Assembly: GCA_021815825.1 (NCBI GenBank) | Contig: JAKAZO010000005.1 | Coordinates: forward strand, 5,790-69,789 | Reading direction: 5' to 3' | Source: Pseudomonadota bacterium | Lineage (GTDB): Bacteria; Pseudomonadota; Alphaproteobacteria; Acetobacterales; Acetobacteraceae | Length of the DNA stretch: 64,000 bases | Shown here: positions 48,887-59,600 of the stretch, piece after piece | Numbering within the stretch: position 1 is the stretch's first letter | Layout: each line of letters opens with the position of its first letter | Translations under genes and position numbers: made by a program | The notes under the pieces: generated by a model | What the model was told of the DNA's origin: nothing | Database searches by the model: none | The model's input: the letters and a program-made list of their open reading frames with translations, nothing else

Positions 48887-49414
48887 CTACCAGAACCAGC
48901 GAATCGCCAGCCGTCCGGGTGCCAGCACGCCGAGCGCCCAGATCAGGGCGGAGGCGACATTGGCCAACTGGAACGGTAGCGCCGGCATGGCGCAGATGCC
49001 TGCCACAAGCGGCACGGCCGAGCGCAGCGGGCCGAAGAACCGTCCAAGGAACACCCCGAGCACGCCCCAGCGGGCGAAGAACGCCTGCCCGCGCGCCAGC
49101 AGATCCGGCCGGCGCGAGAGCGGCCAGTATCCAGCAATCGCCGACTTGAAGTGATAGCCGAGCCGGTAGGAGACCCAGTCGCCGAGCACGGCGCCGAGCA
49201 CGGCCGCCGCCCAGACCGGCCAGAACCCGACCCCCGCCGCGCCAAGCAACCCTCCGGCGCCGAGCAGGATCGCGGTAGCCGGCAGCAGCAGGGAAACGAA
49301 GGCGAGCGACTCGCCGAAGGCCAGCGCGAACACCACGACCGGCGCGAGGTGCCCGTTGGCGCCGATGAAGCGGAGCACGGCCTCGGTGAAGCCGGCGATG
49401 GCGTCCGCGTTCAA
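48887..49414 (-). CDS. DedA family membrane protein
   Basis: VVFALAFGESLAFVSLLLP is the DedA/SNARE-associated motif. The TTG start overlaps the RMD1 stop (TTGA). Confidence 0.75.
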   Translation of the reverse strand: MNADAIAGFTEAVLRFIGANGHLAPVVVFALAFGESLAFVSLLLPATAILLGAGGLLGAAGVGFWPVWAAAVLGAVLGDWVSYRLGYHFKSAIAGYWPLSRRPDLLARGQAFFARWGVLGVFLGRFFGPLRSAVPLVAGICAMPALPFQLANVASALIWALGVLAPGRLAIRWFW

Positions 49415-50526
49415 TGCCGGATCAGGGCCAGCACGATCTCGGCCGCGATCAGGATCAGGATGAGCACCTCGAGCAGTTCGGCCCGGCTGCTCGCCGCCTC
49501 GGCATAGAGCGCCTCGTAGGTGTCGCGGATGATGGCGAGCTTGCGCGCCACCGCCGCGCTCACCGCCGGCACCCGGAACAGCTCCAGCGCGGCGCTATAG
49601 ATGCGGGCGAGATAGACGTCCTCCGTCACCTGCAGCGCGTTGTCCACCTTCTCGGTGAGTTCCGTCACCTCGGCCACCAGCATGTAGAGCCGCCGCGCCA
49701 GCCCGGCATAGCGGCGCGCGCCGAACAGGGCGGCGCCACGACGAGCGGAGTCGACGAGATCGTACATGCGCGGCAGTTCGTCATCGAGAAGCTCGTCGTA
49801 GTAGCGCATTTCGAGCAGCTGCGCGTTGGCGACCTCGATGACGTCGATGACATCGGATTCGCCGCGCGGCTCGTAGACGAAGGCCCGGTCCCAGGTCAGC
49901 ACGGCGAGATCGTCGGTGTAGTACGAGAAGCGCTGGCGCAGCAGCTCGGCCCGGGCCGGCTCGGACAGCGGCCGTGCCTCGCCGGCGAGAAGCGGCACCA
50001 GGTCGATACGCTCGACGAGCTCGACCGCGCTCGGCCGGTCCTCGACCACGCGCAGCACGCCGATGAGGTAGTCCTCCTCCAGCATGCGCGCGCTCGGGCG
50101 GGTGAATGCCGGGCCGATCACGCCGCGCAGCCGGTCGAGCAGCGCATGCCACGGAGGCTCTGTGCCGTCGGGACCGACGCTGCGGTCCAGCAGGTTGAGC
50201 TGACGACAGAACTCGGCCCAGTCCAGCCGCTCCAGCCCGACGCGCAGCGCGAGGCTGACGACGCCGAAATCGAACACGCGCGCGGTGACGCTGGCGCGAA
50301 CCTCCTTCTCGCCAAGGATCAGCGTCAGCTCGCCGAGCCCCAGCACCACAGGGGGCACATCGAAGGCGACGGCCTTGGCCGGCGTGACGGCGAAACGGCC
50401 ACGCGCCGCCTGCCCCTGCGCCCGCTGGGACCAGAGCGTTTCGACCCGCGTCAGATCGATCGTATCGGCGATGTCGAACAGCCGATAGGCGATGGCCGCG
50501 CCGGCGATGATCTCGGGCGCGGCCAT
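49411..50526 (-). CDS. RMD1/DUF155 family protein
   Basis: DUF155-type body with a C-terminal TM helix (LEVLILILIAAEIVLALI). Confidence 0.6.
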   Translation of the reverse strand: MAAPEIIAGAAIAYRLFDIADTIDLTRVETLWSQRAQGQAARGRFAVTPAKAVAFDVPPVVLGLGELTLILGEKEVRASVTARVFDFGVVSLALRVGLERLDWAEFCRQLNLLDRSVGPDGTEPPWHALLDRLRGVIGPAFTRPSARMLEEDYLIGVLRVVEDRPSAVELVERIDLVPLLAGEARPLSEPARAELLRQRFSYYTDDLAVLTWDRAFVYEPRGESDVIDVIEVANAQLLEMRYYDELLDDELPRMYDLVDSARRGAALFGARRYAGLARRLYMLVAEVTELTEKVDNALQVTEDVYLARIYSAALELFRVPAVSAAVARKLAIIRDTYEALYAEAASSRAELLEVLILILIAAEIVLALIRH

Positions 50527-50530
50527 GTCG

Positions 50531-52060
50531 CTACATCGTCGCGCCGATCTGCCAGGGGGCGAACTCGGCGGCGCCGAAATCGAAGCGCTCGCTCTTGGTC
50601 GGCTCGCCCGAGGCGACGCGGAGGATCAGATCGAAGATCCGCTCGCCGCATTGGGCCACGCTCTCCTCACCGTCGAGGATGGTGCCGCAGTTCACGTCCA
50701 TGTCGTCTTCCATGCGACGGTACATCGGCGAGTTGGTGGCGAGCTTGATCGAGGGCGCCGGCTTGCAGCCGAAGACGCTGCCGCGGCCGGTGGTGAAGCA
50801 GACCAGATTCGCCCCGCCGGCCACCTGCCCGGTCGCGGCCACCGGGTCGTAGCCGGGGGTATCCATGAAGACGAAGCCCTTCGCCGTCACCGCCTCGGCA
50901 TAGCGCACCACATCCACGAGATTGGTGCTGCCGGCTTTGGCCATGGCGCCGAGCGATTTCTCCAGGATGGTGGTCAGCCCGCCCGCCTTGTTGCCGGGCG
51001 AGGGGTTGGCGTCCATCTCCGCGCCTTCACGGGCTGTGTACTCCTCCCACCATTTCATCAGCCCGACGAGCTTCTCGCCGACCTCGCGCGAGACCGCGCG
51101 GCGCGTGAGCAGGTGCTCGGCGCCGTAGGTCTCCGGCGTCTCGGAGAGGATCACCGTGCCGCCATGGCGCACCAGCAGGTCCGAGGCCATGCCGAGCGCG
51201 GGGTTGGCAGAGACCCCCGAATATCCATCCGAACCGCCGCACTGCAGCGCCAGGGTGAGCTCGCGCGCCGGCACCGGCTCGCGATGCACCTGGTTGGCCT
51301 CGGCCAGCACCTCGCGCACGAACGCGATGCCGGCCTCGACCGTCTTGCGCGTGCCGCCCATGGACTGGATGTCCATGGCCCTGAGCCGGCCGGCGAGGCG
51401 CTGCTCTTCCATCAGCCCGCCGATCTGGTTCACCTCGCAGCCGAGGCCGAGAACGATGACGTGGGAGAAGTTCACGTGCCGCGCATAGCCGCCGAGGGTG
51501 CGGCGCAGCAGCGCCAGCGGCTCCTTCTGCGTCATGCCGCAGCCGGTCTTGTGGGTGAGCGCGACGACGCCATCGACGTTCGGATACTCGGCGAGCGGAT
51601 CGTGGCCGGAGAAGGGGTTGCGGCGGAACGCGCCGGCCACGAGCTCGGCGACATGGGCGCTGCAGTTCACGCTAGTGAGGATGCCGATATAGTTGCGCGT
51701 CGCGACGCGGCCGTCGGCACGACGGATGCCCATGAAGGTGGCCGGCGGATCGATAGAAGCCGTGGGCGTGGCATCGACGCCGTAGGCATAGTCGCGCGAG
51801 AAATCGCCCATGCCGCAATTCTGCGTGTGCACGTGCTGGCCGGGCGCGATCGGCCGGGTCGCGAAGCCGATGATCTGGCCGTAGCGGCGCACCGGCTCGC
51901 CCTGGGCGTGGGCGCGGACGGCAACCTTGTGGCCGGCTGGAATGCGCTCGGCGGCGGCGACGCCCTCGGCGACCGGAGCACCGGGCAGCAGCGCGGCGCG
52001 GGCGATGACGACGCCGTCCTCAGGATGGAGACGAATGACGGGTGCGGTCATGGCGGTCAT
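50531..52060 (-). CDS. UxaA-family sugar-acid dehydratase (altronate / galactarate dehydratase type)
   Basis: N-terminal SAF domain (IPAGHKVAV) followed by a UxaA/GarD-type body. ATG 52060 overlaps the upstream stop (ATGA). Confidence 0.8.
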   Translation of the reverse strand: MTAMTAPVIRLHPEDGVVIARAALLPGAPVAEGVAAAERIPAGHKVAVRAHAQGEPVRRYGQIIGFATRPIAPGQHVHTQNCGMGDFSRDYAYGVDATPTASIDPPATFMGIRRADGRVATRNYIGILTSVNCSAHVAELVAGAFRRNPFSGHDPLAEYPNVDGVVALTHKTGCGMTQKEPLALLRRTLGGYARHVNFSHVIVLGLGCEVNQIGGLMEEQRLAGRLRAMDIQSMGGTRKTVEAGIAFVREVLAEANQVHREPVPARELTLALQCGGSDGYSGVSANPALGMASDLLVRHGGTVILSETPETYGAEHLLTRRAVSREVGEKLVGLMKWWEEYTAREGAEMDANPSPGNKAGGLTTILEKSLGAMAKAGSTNLVDVVRYAEAVTAKGFVFMDTPGYDPVAATGQVAGGANLVCFTTGRGSVFGCKPAPSIKLATNSPMYRRMEDDMDVNCGTILDGEESVAQCGERIFDLILRVASGEPTKSERFDFGAAEFAPWQIGATM

Positions 52061-52836
52061 GATTTCTTCTCGATCCCCTCGCGGAAGGCGCCGACGGCCG
52101 CCCGCGCCGCCTGCAGCAGCAGGCCACTGTCGTTGAGGATGGTGCAGAAGCGGAAGCCCATGCCGATGGCGCGCACGGCATAGGCGGCCGAGCCGCAATG
52201 GATGCCGGCAGCGATGCCGCGCTTGCCGGTCTCGGCGATCAGGCGCTCGTAGATCGCGAGAATCTGCGGCTCCTCGCGATCCATGCGCGGCGCCAGGCCG
52301 AGCGAGAAGCCGAGGTCCGAAGGCCCGACATAGATCGCGTCGATGCCCTTCACGTCGAGGATCGCATCGAGATTGTCGAGCGCCTGCTGCGTCTCGATCA
52401 TCGGGATGCAGAGAATCTCGTCGTTCGCGGTGGCCTGATAGCCGACCGACTCGCCATAGATGCCGGCGCGGATCGGCCCGTTGGAGCGGCTGCCGCGCGG
52501 CGGATATTTGCACGCCGTGATGAAGGCCTCGGCCTGGTCGCGCGTATTCACCATCGGGCAGATCACGCCGTAAGCGCCGGCGTCCAGCACCTTGCCGATG
52601 ATGCCGGGCTCGTTCCATGGCACGCGGACCATCGGCAGCACGGGATGGACCTGCATCGCCTGGAAGCAGGCGACCATGGAGAGATAGTCCTGCACGCCGT
52701 GCTGGAGATCGACGGTGACGCTGTCCCAGCCGCCCTGCGCCATCACTTCGGCCGAGAAGCCGGCGGGGATCGCGAGCCAGCCATTGATGGTGGGCTTGCC
52801 CTCGCGCCAGCGCTGCTTGAGCGTGTTCTTCGTCAT
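52057..52836 (-). CDS. HpcH/HpaI family 2-keto-3-deoxy-sugar-acid aldolase
   Basis: INGWLAIP...VTVDLQHG...RVPWNEP...IPMIET...IDAIYVGPSDL are HpcH/GarL-type motifs. Confidence 0.8.
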   Translation of the reverse strand: MTKNTLKQRWREGKPTINGWLAIPAGFSAEVMAQGGWDSVTVDLQHGVQDYLSMVACFQAMQVHPVLPMVRVPWNEPGIIGKVLDAGAYGVICPMVNTRDQAEAFITACKYPPRGSRSNGPIRAGIYGESVGYQATANDEILCIPMIETQQALDNLDAILDVKGIDAIYVGPSDLGFSLGLAPRMDREEPQILAIYERLIAETGKRGIAAGIHCGSAAYAVRAIGMGFRFCTILNDSGLLLQAARAAVGAFREGIEKKS

Positions 52837-52950
52837 GATCGTCGTCCCTCCCGTGACAGGACGGTGATGCTAGGCACAGGGAGGGGCAGCGTCAAAGCCG
52901 CTCTCGGCATGGCTGCCGGCCGCTCCGTCCGGCGCCGATCACGCTCCGCT

Positions 52951-53709
52951 TCAGCGCGGCGCCATGCGGATCGCCCCATCGAGGCGGATGGTCTCGCCGT
53001 TCAGCATCTGGTTCTCGACGATCTGCACCGCGAGCTGGGCGAACTCGCGCGGCTGGCCGAGCCGTGCCGGATGCGGCACCGAGGCGGAGAGCGAGGCGCG
53101 CGCGGGCTCCGGCAGTTTGCCGAGCAGGGGCGTGTCGAAAATCCCCGGCGCGATGGTGCAGACGCGGATCAGCCGCGAGGCGAGGTCGCGCGCGGCGACG
53201 ATGGTCATGCCGACGACCCCGGCCTTGGAGGCCGAATAAGGAATCTGGCCGATCTGGCCCTCGTAGGCGGCGACCGAGGCGGTCAGAACGGCGACCCCGC
53301 GCTCGCCGTCCTCGGGCTCGGTGCGCGCCATCGACGCCGCTGCAAGGCGCAGCGCGTTGAAGGTGCCGATCAGGTTGACCCGGATCACCGCCTCGAACTG
53401 CTCGAGCGGGGCGGGATTGCCGTCGCGATCGACCAGCCGCTGCGCCCCGCCGCGGCCGGCGCAGTGGATCAGGATACGCAGCGGACCCGCCGCCTCGGCC
53501 GCCTCGACCACCGCGCGCATCGCCGCCTCGCTGGTGACATCCGCGGCGACGAAGCGGGCGCCGATGCGCCGTCCGACCTCCTCGCCGGGCGACCCCGGCA
53601 GATCGCAGATCACCACTTTGGCGCCACGCGCGATCAACGCCTCGGCGCTGGCCAGTCCGAGCCCGGAGGCGCCGCCGGTGACGATGGCGACCTTGCCTTT
53701 CGGATCCAT
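52951..53709 (-). CDS. SDR, 3-hydroxyacyl-CoA dehydrogenase type-2-like
   Basis: TGGASGLG and YSASKAGVVGMT. The overall pattern resembles HSD17B10/FadB2-type enzymes. Start reset to ATG 53709. Confidence 0.8.
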   Translation of the reverse strand: MDPKGKVAIVTGGASGLGLASAEALIARGAKVVICDLPGSPGEEVGRRIGARFVAADVTSEAAMRAVVEAAEAAGPLRILIHCAGRGGAQRLVDRDGNPAPLEQFEAVIRVNLIGTFNALRLAAASMARTEPEDGERGVAVLTASVAAYEGQIGQIPYSASKAGVVGMTIVAARDLASRLIRVCTIAPGIFDTPLLGKLPEPARASLSASVPHPARLGQPREFAQLAVQIVENQMLNGETIRLDGAIRMAPR

Positions 53710-53723
53710 GGATGTCTCTCCGT

Positions 53724-54905
53724 TCAGATGCGTTCGATGATGGTCGCGTTGGCCATGCCGCCGGCCTCGCACATGGTCTGCAGCCCGTAGCGGCCGCCGC
53801 TGCGCTCGAGCGCGTGCAGCATGGTCGTCATTAGCCGCGCACCCGAGGCGCCGAGCGGATGGCCGAGCGCAATGGCGCCGCCGCACGGGTTCAGCCGCGC
53901 ATCGTCGCCGCCGATCTCTTTCTGCCACGCGAGCGGGACGGACGCGAAGGCCTCGTTGACCTCGAAATGATCGATGCGGTCCAGCGACAGGCCGCTCTTC
54001 TGCAACACCCGCCGAGTGGCCGGGATCGGCGCGGTGAGCATCAGCAGCGGATCGTCGCCGATGACGTCGAAGCCGACGAAGCGCGCGCGCGGCCGGCAGC
54101 CGAGACGCGCCGCCGCCTCTTCGCTCATCAGCAGCACGGCGGCGGCGCCATCGGTGATCTGCGAGGAATTGCCGGCGGTGATCGACCAGCGGATCTCGGG
54201 AAAGCGCTCGGCGAGCGAGGGGTGCTCGAAGGCGGGCTTGAGCGCGGCCAGCCCGTCCGCGGTGGTGGCGGGGCGAATCGTCTCGTCCTCGCAAACGACG
54301 CCGTTGCCCGACGGAACGGGCACGATCTCGGCGTCGAAATGCCGCGCCGCCCTGGCGGCGGCGGCGCGCTGGTGCGAGCGGGCGGCGTAGGCGTCGAGCG
54401 CGGCACGGTCGATGCCCCAGCGCGCCGCGACGATCTCGGCCGAGACCCCCTGGTTGACGAGCCCGGGCGCATAGCGCCGCGCAAACCCCTCGCCAAAGGG
54501 ATCCTTCCCGACCCGCGAACTGCCCATCGGCACCCGGCTCATGGATTCGACCCCGCCGGCGATGACGATGTCGTAAGCGCCGGCCATGATGCCCTGGGCA
54601 GCGAAATGCACCGATTGCTGGGAGGAGCCGCAGCGCCGGTCGATGGTGGTGGACGGCACGTGCTCGGGAAAGCCCGCGGCGAGCCAGGCGATGCGCCCGG
54701 GGCTGCCGGCCTGCTCGCCGACCTGGCTGACGCAGCCGACGATGACATCGTCGACCTGTCCGGCATCGAGCCCGTTGCGCTCGACCAGCGCCTTCAGCGC
54801 CACCGCCAGCAGGTCGCACGGATGCACCGCGCTGAGGCTGCCGCCTTCCTTGCCACGGCCCATCGGCGTGCGTACGGCATCGATGATGACGGGTTCGCGG
54901 CGCAT
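53724..54905 (-). CDS. acetyl-CoA C-acyltransferase (thiolase)
   Basis: Active-site Cys region DRRCGSSQQS, GGAIALGHPLGASG, and the C-terminal CEAGGMANA. Start reset to ATG 54905. Confidence 0.85.
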   Translation of the reverse strand: MRREPVIIDAVRTPMGRGKEGGSLSAVHPCDLLAVALKALVERNGLDAGQVDDVIVGCVSQVGEQAGSPGRIAWLAAGFPEHVPSTTIDRRCGSSQQSVHFAAQGIMAGAYDIVIAGGVESMSRVPMGSSRVGKDPFGEGFARRYAPGLVNQGVSAEIVAARWGIDRAALDAYAARSHQRAAAARAARHFDAEIVPVPSGNGVVCEDETIRPATTADGLAALKPAFEHPSLAERFPEIRWSITAGNSSQITDGAAAVLLMSEEAAARLGCRPRARFVGFDVIGDDPLLMLTAPIPATRRVLQKSGLSLDRIDHFEVNEAFASVPLAWQKEIGGDDARLNPCGGAIALGHPLGASGARLMTTMLHALERSGGRYGLQTMCEAGGMANATIIERI

Positions 54906-54998
54906 CGGTCTCCTCCTATGCTCGTTGCCAACATTGAGCCGTCCGGAGCGCGCCGCTGTCAATCGGCCGCCCGGCGCATCGCTTAGGGAGGAAACCGC

Positions 54999-56525
54999 AT
55001 GGACCCACTCGCCGCCCGCGCCGGCGCAACCCCGGCAAAGATCGCGCTGCACCTGTCCGATACCGGCGAGACGATGGATTTCCGCACCCTCGATGCGCAT
55101 GCGGCGCTCGCCGCGCGCTGGCTGCTCGGGCGCGGGCTGCAGCCGGGCGAGCGCATCGGCCTGCTGATGGAGAACCGGGCCGAGCTGATCGAGCTCGCGC
55201 TCGCCGCCCAGCGTGCCGGGCTCTATTACACGCCGGTCTCGATCCATCTGCGCCCGGCCGAGATCGCCTATATCCTCGCCGATGCCGAAGCGCGTCTGCT
55301 CGTCGCCACGCCCGAAACCGCCGCCGCGGCCGCCGCTGCCCTCGCCGAACTGCCGGACATCGCGCGCTTCATCGTCGGGGCCGACGCTCCAGGCTTCGCG
55401 CGCTACGAAGCCGCGCGGGATGGCCAGGATCTCGCCCAGCCGCTTCCCAGCCGCCCCGTCGGGCGCGACCTGCTCTATTCCTCCGGCACCACCGGCCGCC
55501 CCAAGGGGGTGAAAATGCCGCTGCTGCCGCCCGAGATGCGGGCAAGCCCGCCGATCCACCCGACCTGGAGATTCTACGGTTTCGACGCCGACAGCGTCTA
55601 TTTCTCGCCCGGCCCGCTCTACCACGCCGCGCCGCACCGCTTCGTGCTGCGCGTCCTGCAGGACGGCGGCAGTTGCGTCATCCCGCGCAAGTTCGACGCC
55701 GCGGGCGCGCTGGCCGCGATCGAGCGCTACCGGGTGACGCACAGCCAGTGGGTGCCAACCATGTTCCACCGGCTGCTGGCCCTGCCGCAGGCCGAGCGCA
55801 GCCGCTTCAACCTCTCCAGCCATCGCGTCGCCATCCACGCCGCCGCGCCCTGCCCGGTGGCCGTGAAGCAGGCGATGATCGACTGGTGGGGGCCGATCCT
55901 GTTCGAATATTATGCCGGGTCGGAGGCGTTCGGCATCACCGTCATCGACAGCCGGACCTGGCTCGCCCATCCCGGCTCGGTCGGCCGACCGCTGACCGGC
56001 GCGGTGCACATTCTCGGCGAGGACGGGCGCGAGCTGTCGCCCGGCGAGATCGGCATGATCAGCTTTTCCGGCGGGCCTCCGTTCGAGTATCTCAACGCGC
56101 CGGACAAGACCGCGGCCGCCTATGACGCCGCCGGGCGGGCGAGCTACGGCGATCTCGGCTGGCTCGACGAGGAGGGCTTCCTCTACATGAGCGACCGCCG
56201 CGCCGACCTCATCATCTCGGGCGGGGTGAATATCTATCCCGCCGAGGTGGAAAGCGCGCTGATCCAGCATCCGCTCGTCGCCGACGCGGCGGTGATCGGC
56301 CTGCCGGACGCGGAGTTCGGCGAACAGGTCGCCGCCGTGGTGCAGCCGCGCGACCCGGCGGCGGCGGACCAGGCCCTGGCGGCGGCGCTGATCGATTATT
56401 GCCGCGAGCAGATCGGCGGGCCGAAATGCCCCCGCCGCATCTTCTTCACCGACGCCCTGCCGCGCTCGGAAGCCGGCAAGCTGCTGCGCCGCGTGCTGAA
56501 AGAACACTACCGCAGCGCCGCATAA
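54999..56525 (+). CDS. AMP-dependent acyl-CoA synthetase/ligase
   Basis: AGGGAGGA lies upstream of the ATG. AMP-binding motif LLYSSGTTGRPKGV, plus the C-terminal GKLLRR. Confidence 0.85.
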   Translation: MDPLAARAGATPAKIALHLSDTGETMDFRTLDAHAALAARWLLGRGLQPGERIGLLMENRAELIELALAAQRAGLYYTPVSIHLRPAEIAYILADAEARLLVATPETAAAAAAALAELPDIARFIVGADAPGFARYEAARDGQDLAQPLPSRPVGRDLLYSSGTTGRPKGVKMPLLPPEMRASPPIHPTWRFYGFDADSVYFSPGPLYHAAPHRFVLRVLQDGGSCVIPRKFDAAGALAAIERYRVTHSQWVPTMFHRLLALPQAERSRFNLSSHRVAIHAAAPCPVAVKQAMIDWWGPILFEYYAGSEAFGITVIDSRTWLAHPGSVGRPLTGAVHILGEDGRELSPGEIGMISFSGGPPFEYLNAPDKTAAAYDAAGRASYGDLGWLDEEGFLYMSDRRADLIISGGVNIYPAEVESALIQHPLVADAAVIGLPDAEFGEQVAAVVQPRDPAAADQALAAALIDYCREQIGGPKCPRRIFFTDALPRSEAGKLLRRVLKEHYRSAA

Positions 56526-56547
56526 CCGCAGCGCCGCAGAGCGGTCC

Positions 56548-56580
56548 GATGCCAACGCCCGTTCCTGCGGCGTTGGCATC
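56548..56580. terminator. 12-bp perfect hairpin between convergent genes
   Basis: GATGCCAACGCC-N9-GGCGTTGGCATC. There is no clear U-tract on either side. Confidence 0.4.
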
Positions 56581-56600
56581 AGGCCGCGAGCCGGCCGGGG

Positions 56601-59600
56601 CTACTCGGCGGCCAGCGCCGTCGCCGGCGCGCGGTAGCGCTCGATCAGCGTCGTCCGCGCCGCCGCGGCCTCGCGCATCGCCCGCTCCTTGACATGGCCG
56701 TAGCCGGCGATCTGCGCCGGGATCTCAGCGAGCGCGATCGCCGTCTCCAGCGTCTCGCGCGTCAGCGTGCGGGCGATCTCGCCCATCAGCGCCTCGTATT
56801 CCTCGATCAGACGCCGCTCCGCCTGGCGTTCCTCGGTGCGGCCGAACGGATCGAGCGCCGTGCCGCGCAGACCTTTCAGCCGCCGCAGCAGCCCGAATGC
56901 CTGCATCACCCATGGCCCATAGGCGCGCTTGACGAGATGCCCGGTGCGCGGATCGCGCTTGGCGAGAAGCGGCGGCGCGAGGTGGAATTGCAGCGTGTAA
57001 TCGCCCTCGAACTGCGACTCCAGCCGCTGGCGGAAAGCGCCATCGCTGTACAGCCGCGCCACCTCGTACTCGTCCTTGTAGGCCATCAGCTTGAAGAAAT
57101 TGCGCGCCACCGACTCGGTCAGCGCCGAGGAGGTTGGTGCGATCTCCGCCTCGCGCGCCCGCACCCGGGCAACGAGGTCGCGGTAGCGCCGGGCATAAGA
57201 CCGGTTCTGGTAGCGGCGCAGCTCCTCGGCGAAGCGGTCGATGCGCCCGTCGAGTGTCTCCGCCGGCTTCGCCGCGCCATTGCGCTCGCCGACGATGGCG
57301 GCGACGCGCGCCGGATCCTGCGCGGCGGCGCGGCCCCATTCGAAGGCCGTCTTGTTCATCTCCACCGCCGTGCCGTTCAGCACGATCGCCGTCATCAGGG
57401 CCTCGCGCCCGATCGGCACCAGGCCGCGCTGCCAGGCATAGCCGAGCACGAAGAGATTCGTGCCGATGGCGTCACCGACCAGCGCGGTCGCCAGCGACGT
57501 GGCATCGACCATCTCCATCCGCCCGATGCCGACGGCGCCCTCGATCGCATGTTCGAGCTTGCCGATCGGCAGGCGCGTTCCCGGATGCATGACGAAATCG
57601 GCGGTGATGGTCTCGTGCGTGTTCACCACGGCGCGCGAGCGCCCCGGCTCCAGCGCCGCCAGCGCCTCCCGCCCGGCGCCGACGACGAGATCGCAGGCCA
57701 ACAGCAGATCCGCGCCACCCATGCCGACGCGCAGACTGCGCAGATCCGCCTCGTTGGCGGCGATCTTGATGTGGCTCCAGACGCTGCCGCCCTTCTGCGC
57801 CAGACCCATCTGGTCGAGCACGGTGACGTGCTTGCCCTCGGCGTGGGCGGCAACCCCGAGCAAGGCGCCGATCGTCACCACGCCGGTGCCGCCGATGCCG
57901 GCGACGAGCAGGCCGAACGGCCGGTCCAGCGATGGCAGGGTGGGCTCCGGCAGATCCTCGAAGATCGCAGCCTCCACCCGCTTGCCGCGGCGCAGCTTGC
58001 CGCCATGCACGGTGACGAAGCTGGGGCAGAAGCCCTCGACGCAGGAGAAATCCTTGTTGCAGGAGGATTGGTCGATGGCGCGCTTGAGGCCGAACTCCGT
58101 CGGCAGCGGCGCCACCGACAGACAGTTGGACTGCACCGAGCAATCACCGCAGCCTTCGCAGACACGCTCATTGATCAGCGCGCGCTTGGCGGGATCCACC
58201 ATCGTGCCGCGCTTGCGCCGCCGTCGCTTCTCGGAGGCACAGGTCTGGTCATACACGATGGCCGTAACGCCTTCGAGCTCGCGCAGTTCACGCTCCAGCG
58301 CCGGAAGATCCCGCCGATGGCGCACCGTGGTACCGGGCGCGAGGTCCGTGACGGTGGCGTATTTCTCCGGCTCGTCGGTGACGACGTGGACCTGCCGCAC
58401 GCCCTCGGCGGCGAGCTGGCGGGTGATCTGGGCGGGACTCGGATGCCCATCCACCGGCTGGCCGCCGGTCATCGCCACGGCGTCGTTGTAGAGCAGCTTG
58501 TAGGTCATGTTCACGCCCGCGGCGACGGCGGCGCGAATGGCGAGGATGCCGGAATGGACGTAGGTGCCGTCCCCGATATTGGCGAAAACGTGCTTCTCCT
58601 CGGTGAACGGGGCCTGGCCGATCCAGGCCGCGCCCTCGCCGCCCATCTGCGCATAGGGCTCGGTGCTGCGGTCCATCCACTTCGCCATGAAGTGGCAGCC
58701 GATGCCGGCCATGGCACGGCTGCCGTCGATCACCTTGGTGGAGGTGTTGTGCGGGCAGCCGGAACAGAAATACGGCCGGCGCAGCACGCCGGCGTCGAGG
58801 CGCTGCACGGAGGCCGCCTGCGTCTCCAGGAACGCCAGGCGATTGTGCATCGCGGAACTCTCGCCATGCCGGGGGGCCAGCCGCCGCGCCAGCACCAGGG
58901 CGATGTCCGCCGCCGACAGTTCGCCCGCCGCGGTGAGCAGCGTCGCGCCATTCTCGTCGTGCTTGCCGACGACGCGCGGGCGCTCGGCGAGGCTGTAGAG
59001 GATGTCCTTCACCTGGCTCTCGATCACCGGCGCCTTCTCCTCGACGACGACGATCTCCTCGAGGCCGCCGGCGAAGGCGCGGATGGTCGCCGGATCGATC
59101 GGCCAGGTCAGCGCGAGCTTCAAGATCCGCAACCCGCCGCCACGACCCTCGAGATCGAGGTCGGCGATCGCCTGGCGCAGGTCGAGCAGTGACTTCCCGG
59201 CGGTAATGATGCCGAAGCGAGCGCCAGGATCATCGCGCAGGATGCGGTCGAGACGGTTCTCGCGCACGTAGGCCTGCATCGCCGGAAGCCCGATCGCGTG
59301 CACGCGGGCCTCCTGGTCCATCGGCTGATCGCCGACGCGGATGCCCGGTGCACCCGGCGCGCGGCGTTCACCGTCCGGATAGGCAAAGCGGAAATCATCG
59401 AGCGCGAAGCTGACGGAAGCGGAACTGTCCACGACGTCGGCCACGGTCTTGAAGCCGACATAGAGCCCGGAATAGCGCGACGCGGCCCAGCCATGCAGGC
59501 CGAGTTCGATCAAATCGTGCACCGAGGCCGGCACCAGAACCGGCACCAGGCTGGCGATCAGCGCCGGCTCGCTCTGGTGCGGCACGGTGGAGGATTTGCA